A DNA stretch of 64,000 bases, taken from NCBI GenBank assembly GCA_977017575.1, contig CDRNVI010000040.1, forward strand, positions 806,001-870,000, given 5' to 3'. The notes beneath the pieces were generated by a model that did not search any database, was not told where the DNA came from, and saw only the letters and a program-made list of their open reading frames with translations. Positions within the stretch are counted from its first letter, which is position 1. Each line of letters starts with the position of its first letter. Of the stretch, positions 58,275 through 64,000 are shown piece after piece. This stretch comes from Paramoeba atlantica. Its lineage: Eukaryota; Protista; Discosea. The translations under genes and the position numbers were made by a program.

Positions 58275-59217
58275 TAAGATTATTTTTAGCCCCGAAAAAA
58301 AATACTTTTTTTCATGTCTATCACCATCGACCTCACTTTCATATGAAACAGAAACCTTTATAAAATGATCACAGACGAATCCAATGGCTTGGGCGCTTAA
58401 ACGGTACTCAAAAAGTGTGTTCAAAAATTATTAATTTACGAGTGGATTATGTTACGGTTAATTTAATTAAGATTAATTTTAGCCAAAAATAACCTTGAAA
58501 GCGTAATTAAATAATACCGCAATTGAATACAACACTGTAACGAAAATAGTGCCAAAAAAATTTGGCGCCGCTTCGCGGCGCCAGAGCTCCTCTATTCTCA
58601 TGTCTTCGCTGCTAAAATTGGCAAAATTGTTATCAATCTTAAAAATAAAATCTGCAAAAAGTCAAAAAAAAAAAATTGCTCTGCTTCGCGGTGCCCTCTT
58701 TTACGCAGGGGGGGCAATAAAACCAAGCGTCCCACTTATTGTACCCCCCCGGTACAATAGCGAGCTACAGGTACATTAGACCGGAACGGGGTTTAATTTA
58801 TAAATTTGATCCATAACAAGTTATCGCGCCGATGGGTAGAGGCACTGCCTAACTGACTGGAGAGCTAGCTAACTGTGAGAGCTCTCCAGTGCGCTATTAT
58901 TTTCCAAAATCGAACAAATTTTATTATTTTTGGACCCCCCAGGTGGAAGTTTTCACCCCTGTATTTAGTCAGTATAATGCGCGCGCATAACAGTCTGTGC
59001 AGACCACCAACCTGCATAGAGCCCATGGTTACAATAACCAGGAATATGGCTAAGAAGGAACAACGCACGCTTCTATTACATCTTTCTCGTGCAATGTACA
59101 GTGCTACACATGAAATGTCAGTTTCTGTAGGTACTTTTTTTGAAAAATAAACTCCTACAGACCATCCGTAGTTACAATACTTAAACGAATTAGATTTCAA
59201 AAGTAGAGTTCTTACTT

Positions 59218-60042
59218 TCACCCAAAAACTTTTATTTTCGTATCCTTAACAAAAATACCATTACGGGCACGACCGGAAAGATCAGCTGTGCTTATTTCGC
59301 CACAGAGGTCTGCGTTGCCTTCCAAGTAAAGGATTTTTAAAGGTGCTGGCAATAGACTTAGGTCAACGATTCCAGTAAACTGGTTGTTGTCTAACCAAAT
59401 GTATTGGATTTTCATCGGGAGTTGGGTCAAATCAAGCTCACCAGAAAAGCCGTTGTCGCTAAGGTAAAGTTTCTCAAGGTTTTGGGGTAAATTAATAAGG
59501 CAAACTTCACCGGTAAATTTATTGTAATTTAAAGAAAGCCGTTGCAAGGTGCTCGGAAGTGCAGAGAGGTTCACGGGACCTTGAAATTTATTGTCGTCCA
59601 ATCTTAAGGTTACAAGCCTCGGAGGAAGATCATCTAATGACACCTCGCCGTAGAATTGATTTCCGGAGACGCTGAAATGCTTAACGCATTTCGAAAGGTA
59701 CCTTAACTGCAATGTTCCCCTCAATTTCATGGCTTCCCAGCAAATTTCTTGAAGTTCATCTTGCACACTGCACTGTACACCGTGCCACGAGCAGGCAGGT
59801 GTATTAGTACTCCATGAAATAGGCGCATTCTTTATGTCTTTGACCAATCTATCAAGTTCGTACTCCTGAGGGAGGTTTGTAGAGCTTACCTTTGCAGTAC
59901 GTGATGCTGTATGCGCACCAGAAAAATCAAAAGAATCCATGCAAGAACTCAAAAATAACTGTAAAAACAAAGAAAGACTTGAATAAACTAAAGATTGCAG
60001 ACAGCAGGGGAACTCGGCGGTGACAAAGGAGTGCTTTGCCAC
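59218..60042 (-). CDS. LRR family protein
   Basis: KVSSTNLPQEY, SWSTNTPACSWHGVQC cap. Confidence 0.88.
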   Translation of the reverse strand: MAKHSFVTAEFPCCLQSLVYSSLSLFLQLFLSSCMDSFDFSGAHTASRTAKVSSTNLPQEYELDRLVKDIKNAPISWSTNTPACSWHGVQCSVQDELQEICWEAMKLRGTLQLRYLSKCVKHFSVSGNQFYGEVSLDDLPPRLVTLRLDDNKFQGPVNLSALPSTLQRLSLNYNKFTGEVCLINLPQNLEKLYLSDNGFSGELDLTQLPMKIQYIWLDNNQFTGIVDLSLLPAPLKILYLEGNADLCGEISTADLSGRARNGIFVKDTKIKVFG

Positions 60043-60106
60043 TCAAAAAGTGGTGTGCTTAAGGTAAAATCAAAGGCTTAAAAGGCGTCAAAACGAAAGA
60101 TGTTTT

Positions 60107-60868
60107 CTAACGCCCGTGTCCAATATTCTTTTTAGCTGAAGCTTTCTTTTGGGGATGAAATACAACTTCACGGGGAAGTGGATCCGGACCGCATGAAAGG
60201 AAAAAATTCTCCATCAGTTCCATACTTATCAAACGCGGCGGAAGATTGCGAAGGTGAAGCCTTCCACTTAGCTCATTAAAACTTACGTTTAATGTAAGCA
60301 AACCAGAAGGAAGTCCATCCAGCTGGATTGTATCCCGAAAGCGATTTCGATCAAGATACACGAACCTTAATGCTTGCGGCAACATCGACAAGTCTAACTC
60401 GCCGGAAAAAAGGTTTTTGCCCAAATTTAAGACTTCCAAGCTGGACGGAAGGTATTTGGTGAACAGTTCCCCTTCCAGATTGTTTTGTGAAATCGACAAC
60501 CCTTGTAGGTTTGATGGGAGAAGATGAAAAGGCACAACCCCAGTGAGTGCGCACGAACCTGCGTGGATTTGAGTGACGGTGGTAGGAATATCACTCCAGG
60601 AAACGTTTCCTTCTAGTCTCCACCCGGTCCATACTATTTTTTCCAGAGTGTTGTTTTCACGCTGTACGGAGAAGCCTGACCAATCACTCGCAGCAACGTC
60701 CTCCCTCCATGTATGCCTCTTATTTCCAATGTTACGAACAATTTTCAAAAATTGAAACTCGACCGGCAGTACTGCACGACTGACCTTGGAAGGCTTGACA
60801 TGTCCTGTGGTGTCTGAGCCGAGCAAAAAGAACAACGACGAATAGACATGCCGAAACAAGGCATACAT
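60107..60868 (-). CDS. LRR family protein
   Basis: KVSRAVLPVEF, LPxxL repeats. Confidence 0.85.
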   Translation of the reverse strand: MYALFRHVYSSLFFLLGSDTTGHVKPSKVSRAVLPVEFQFLKIVRNIGNKRHTWREDVAASDWSGFSVQRENNTLEKIVWTGWRLEGNVSWSDIPTTVTQIHAGSCALTGVVPFHLLPSNLQGLSISQNNLEGELFTKYLPSSLEVLNLGKNLFSGELDLSMLPQALRFVYLDRNRFRDTIQLDGLPSGLLTLNVSFNELSGRLHLRNLPPRLISMELMENFFLSCGPDPLPREVVFHPQKKASAKKNIGHGR

Positions 60869-61211
60869 TGTACAGGTATAAATAAAATATTGTTGAAGGA
60901 AGGCTAAAATAATCTAAAGAAAAGTGAAGCGCACTAAAATGATACTTTTTGAGTGGTTTCCACCGATAACGTCTTGTGCTTCGTTGATTATCTTGTACAG
61001 ACCCGGTTCGGAGATCACTGTTCGGAGATAACAATACGATGACGCAATACCACCGCTTCCTACAGTAGCTGAAAAGGATTCCCATGAGTGGAAAGATCTG
61101 TGAGCGATTCTGGGATGTGCCGCACGTCTGTTACTTTGCTAAATCGATTGTAACTCACCCCAAGACGCCGCAAGCGGGGTGGTAGATGACGCAAATCCAA
61201 CGCCCGGATAA

Positions 61212-61610
61212 CTAATTATAATCAAATGTTAACTCCAACATACTCTCTGGTAAAACGGTAAGGTTTACGGTACCCGTGAAAGCGTTTTGGCCAAGGTGAA
61301 TAAGTTGAATTCGTAGAGGAAGTTTGTCAAAACGTAGCTTGCCTGTAAGTTGGTTACGTGCGGTATTGAATTTAACCACCGAACACGGGAGATGATGCAA
61401 ACAAGGATGTCCAAGCAAACTGCGGCCTCGCCACTCAATTTTCTCTACTTCCCCCCTCCGATTACACTCGATACCACTCCACCCACAGCTAGGCGTTTCT
61501 GAGGTCCAGGAGAAATGTGGATTTCGAACACCTTGGATCAAGCGTACCAGTTGGTATTCTTGCGGCAGTAAAGTGCCACGTACCTTAGCAGGCTTTGTGC
61601 TGGTATCCAT
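61212..61610 (-). CDS. Short or truncated LRR family protein
   Basis: KVRGTLLPQEY, SWTSETPSCGWSGIEC cap. Confidence 0.7.
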   Translation of the reverse strand: MDTSTKPAKVRGTLLPQEYQLVRLIQGVRNPHFSWTSETPSCGWSGIECNRRGEVEKIEWRGRSLLGHPCLHHLPCSVVKFNTARNQLTGKLRFDKLPLRIQLIHLGQNAFTGTVNLTVLPESMLELTFDYN

Positions 61611-61813
61611 GCTAATACGTACGATTTGAGATTACAGAATATAATACAGCTGTAGCTAAGTAAGATGTTTACGCTACAAGTATAAAGCGCTACAACCACT
61701 CTCCAGTCTAAATGCCGCTGTAATAGAAACAACTGTCTTTGAAAATTTTTCTAGTGTCGGTCATCCAGCGTTAAATTGGTGCGCGCAACCCCTGTACTCC
61801 TCAAAGTACTATC

Positions 61814-62136
61814 CTACCGTATATCCCCTCCCCAGTAAGATACTCTCCCAGTAAGAGAGATTTGGCCCTTTTTGGGCTGACCGCCAGTAAGAGAGATTTG
61901 GCTCGGGAGCCCCACAGGAGGCGTATAGGGGGTAGGGGGTGGGTGTCTGCATGTTAAGGGCCTCGGGGGTACCCAAATAAGCGTTTTAACACGTTTTCAG
62001 AAGAAAAAATAGAAAAAATAGTCAAAAACGTTGGGAGAAAAGAGGAAACTGGCCAAAAAAGCATACCCCCCCAGTAAGAGAGATTTGGCCATTTCGACCC
62101 AAAACCCATTCTCTTACTGGGGGGGTATAAGGTAGT
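61814..62136. mobile_element. MITE with CCCCAGTAAGA subterminal repeats
   Basis: Imperfect TIR; CAGTAAGAGAGATTTGGC repeated. Confidence 0.5.
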
Positions 62137-62198
62137 ACTTTTAACAAGGCATCTACCACAGCGACCTACAAATACAGTAGAAAAAGCATTTGACAGTA

Positions 62199-62966
62199 CT
62201 AAAATTGAACAAACCTATGAGCACCCAACAAGCTTATAAAATTTACCGGCATGATAAGTTGGTTTTTTGAGACATTAAGATGCACCAATGCCTCGGGTAA
62301 GACTTTCACGGCTAAAGTCCCGCTGAACCGGTTTTCACTAATATCTAAGTACTCCAACGTCGCGGGGAGCACGTTCAAGTCCACACCCCCCTCAAACGCA
62401 TTGTGCCTGAGGTCACAGTGCCGCAGAGCGGGGGGAAATGCGTCGAACGCCACAGAACCGCACAGGGCGTTGGTCTCCAGTGGGCCTGGTCCCGTGATCA
62501 CGGCCCCGAGATCCAACCATGCCAGGGAGAGGGGGAGGGCCTCCCAGCGAAGGGGTCCGGTAAGGCCTAAGCCCCCCCAGTACAGGGAGAGGACCCGGCC
62601 CTGGGCGTCACACTCCACGTGGGTCCAGTTCCCAATGGGGTTGTCGGCCCGCCACGTGGGCAGGGGATTCCCCAGATGGGAGATGAAGTCCGACAACAGG
62701 TACTCCGGGGGGAGTGTGGTTGTGCTCACCTTGCCTCGGCGTACGACAGTGTCGTCGGTGCAGTGTAGCGGTAAGGGAAGGAACAGGTGTGTGATGTGCG
62801 GCAGGGGAACGGGTAAGTTCATTGTTTGGGGAAGATGTGGAAAAGATACAGATTTTTCGGCAATGGAGGAGTGTAAAATGTTGGGAAGAAAATGTGTTGC
62901 AAGGAACCAAGGTTTTTTAATGATGTTGCTAACAATAAAAGGATGATTCGCATTCTGACTCCTCAT
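62199..62966 (-). CDS. LRR family protein
   Basis: GKVSTTTLPPEY, WTHVEC cap. Confidence 0.8.
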   Translation of the reverse strand: MRSQNANHPFIVSNIIKKPWFLATHFLPNILHSSIAEKSVSFPHLPQTMNLPVPLPHITHLFLPLPLHCTDDTVVRRGKVSTTTLPPEYLLSDFISHLGNPLPTWRADNPIGNWTHVECDAQGRVLSLYWGGLGLTGPLRWEALPLSLAWLDLGAVITGPGPLETNALCGSVAFDAFPPALRHCDLRHNAFEGGVDLNVLPATLEYLDISENRFSGTLAVKVLPEALVHLNVSKNQLIMPVNFISLLGAHRFVQF

Positions 62967-63247
62967 GCTTTATCAACTATTTGATCAATTTTGGTTCCTC
63001 TAATTAATATATCGACAAGCGCAAGCCTTGGAGGAAGCTTATACAGCCAAACTCTACCGCTAAGATCGGGATTGTGGCGAAGGTCAAGACATAAAAGATT
63101 TTGAGGAAGAGAATCAAAAGTTAATTCGCCATGGAAATTATTCTCATTTAAGAATAATGCCGACATCATCTTTGGAATTGCGCAGAAATCCAATGTCCCC
63201 GAAAACTTATTTCTCGTCACGCTGAAGTGCTCAAGCCCAGGTGGCAA
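62963..63247 (-). pseudogene. LRR C-terminal fragment cut by a family A insertion
   Basis: LPPGLEHFSVTRNKFSG begins at the family A boundary. Confidence 0.7.
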
Positions 63248-63248
63248 C

Positions 63249-64000
63249 TAAAACTACCGCTCTACCCTCGATTATTGAAAAAAGTGAACAAAAACAGTGA
63301 AAATATAAAGAGGAACACAGTAATATAATAGAAGAAAAAAATATAAAAGGGGGCTCCGGTGGTCCAAAACTGAAAAAAAAATTTGAAAAAAATGGGGAGT
63401 CCATGGGGGGGGGGGGTCCAGGGGGGGGTCCAGGGGGGGGGTCATGGTCGAGCAAATTTTTTCGAAAAAATTAGTTTTCGAAAAAAAACCGCAGAAAGGG
63501 TAGCCGGGGTCTTGGCGCGCATTTTCCACCCCCCTACCCGGGGGTGACCCTCCTGCGTATCCGCAGGACGGGTCCGCCGAGTTCGTATTTTTTAGGAAAA
63601 AAAATTTGAAAAAAATTTGAACTGGGCGAAAAAAATGACAAAAAAAATATTTTTCCAAAGTCGTTTCCCCTATTGTATTTTGATAGTTTGGGACCTACAC
63701 TAGCTTTCTCCGCAGTTGTTTTCACAAGGTATCCCTTCTTCGAACCGTGGTGCGCCCCTAAAAATGACCCATTTTTGACTAAAAAAGGTGAAAAAGTATT
63801 TTTCGGACCTAAAGGGGCATTTTTGTGTCGAAAGAATGGTATGGTTGGAGTCGCATTCTCTACCCAATACGTTCGGTAGGCTTCCATCCATGCCTACGAG
63901 TGATTTCCCACGCGCAAATGTCGGATTTAGTGCTCTGAGGGCAAAAATACGCGAAAATCACCCCATTTTTACCCGAAATTCGGCTATTTTTGGCTATAAT
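63249..64000 (-). mobile_element. Family A copy running off the window
   Basis: Colinear with 49280-50010. Confidence 0.9.

Noticed and set aside
108-63891. Recurrent ORFs inside family A (e.g. MVWLESHSLPNTFGRL..., MEKYFFCHFF...)
   Set aside because: They recur only because the repeat recurs; frames and stops differ between copies and there are no domain motifs

Overview
This is eukaryotic nuclear DNA with very dense transposon content. About 20 intron-less host ORFs all lie on the minus strand, like a kinetoplastid directional gene cluster; that taxonomic reading is inference. They include eIF4A, a sterol delta-7 reductase, an SLC35B1/HUT1-type transporter, GRWD1/Rrb1, a SAP-domain protein, an HMG-box protein and about 13 members of one LRR family. 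Five things stand out among the mobile elements. (1) Three diverged bacterial-type IS30-family (DD33E) transposases are present; one reconstructs to an intact 316-aa ORF once a 3.7-kb TA-flanked TIR insertion is removed. (2) A 2.3-kb TA-flanked TIR element encodes a pogo-like N-terminus plus a Ulp1/C48-like protease and splits a host ORF that is restored in frame when the element is removed. (3) Two unrelated non-coding repeat families share one design: a large palindrome at one end and a matching mini-hairpin ending in CAAT at the other. (4) In one of these families the terminal palindrome occurs in flip and flop orientations, and the element carries a tRNA-like cassette. (5) There are Tc1, pogo, non-LTR (APE, RT, RNase H) and Pif1 remnants, plus many MITEs sharing a GCGAAGC mini-hairpin. 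All calls come from reading motifs by eye; no database searches were run.
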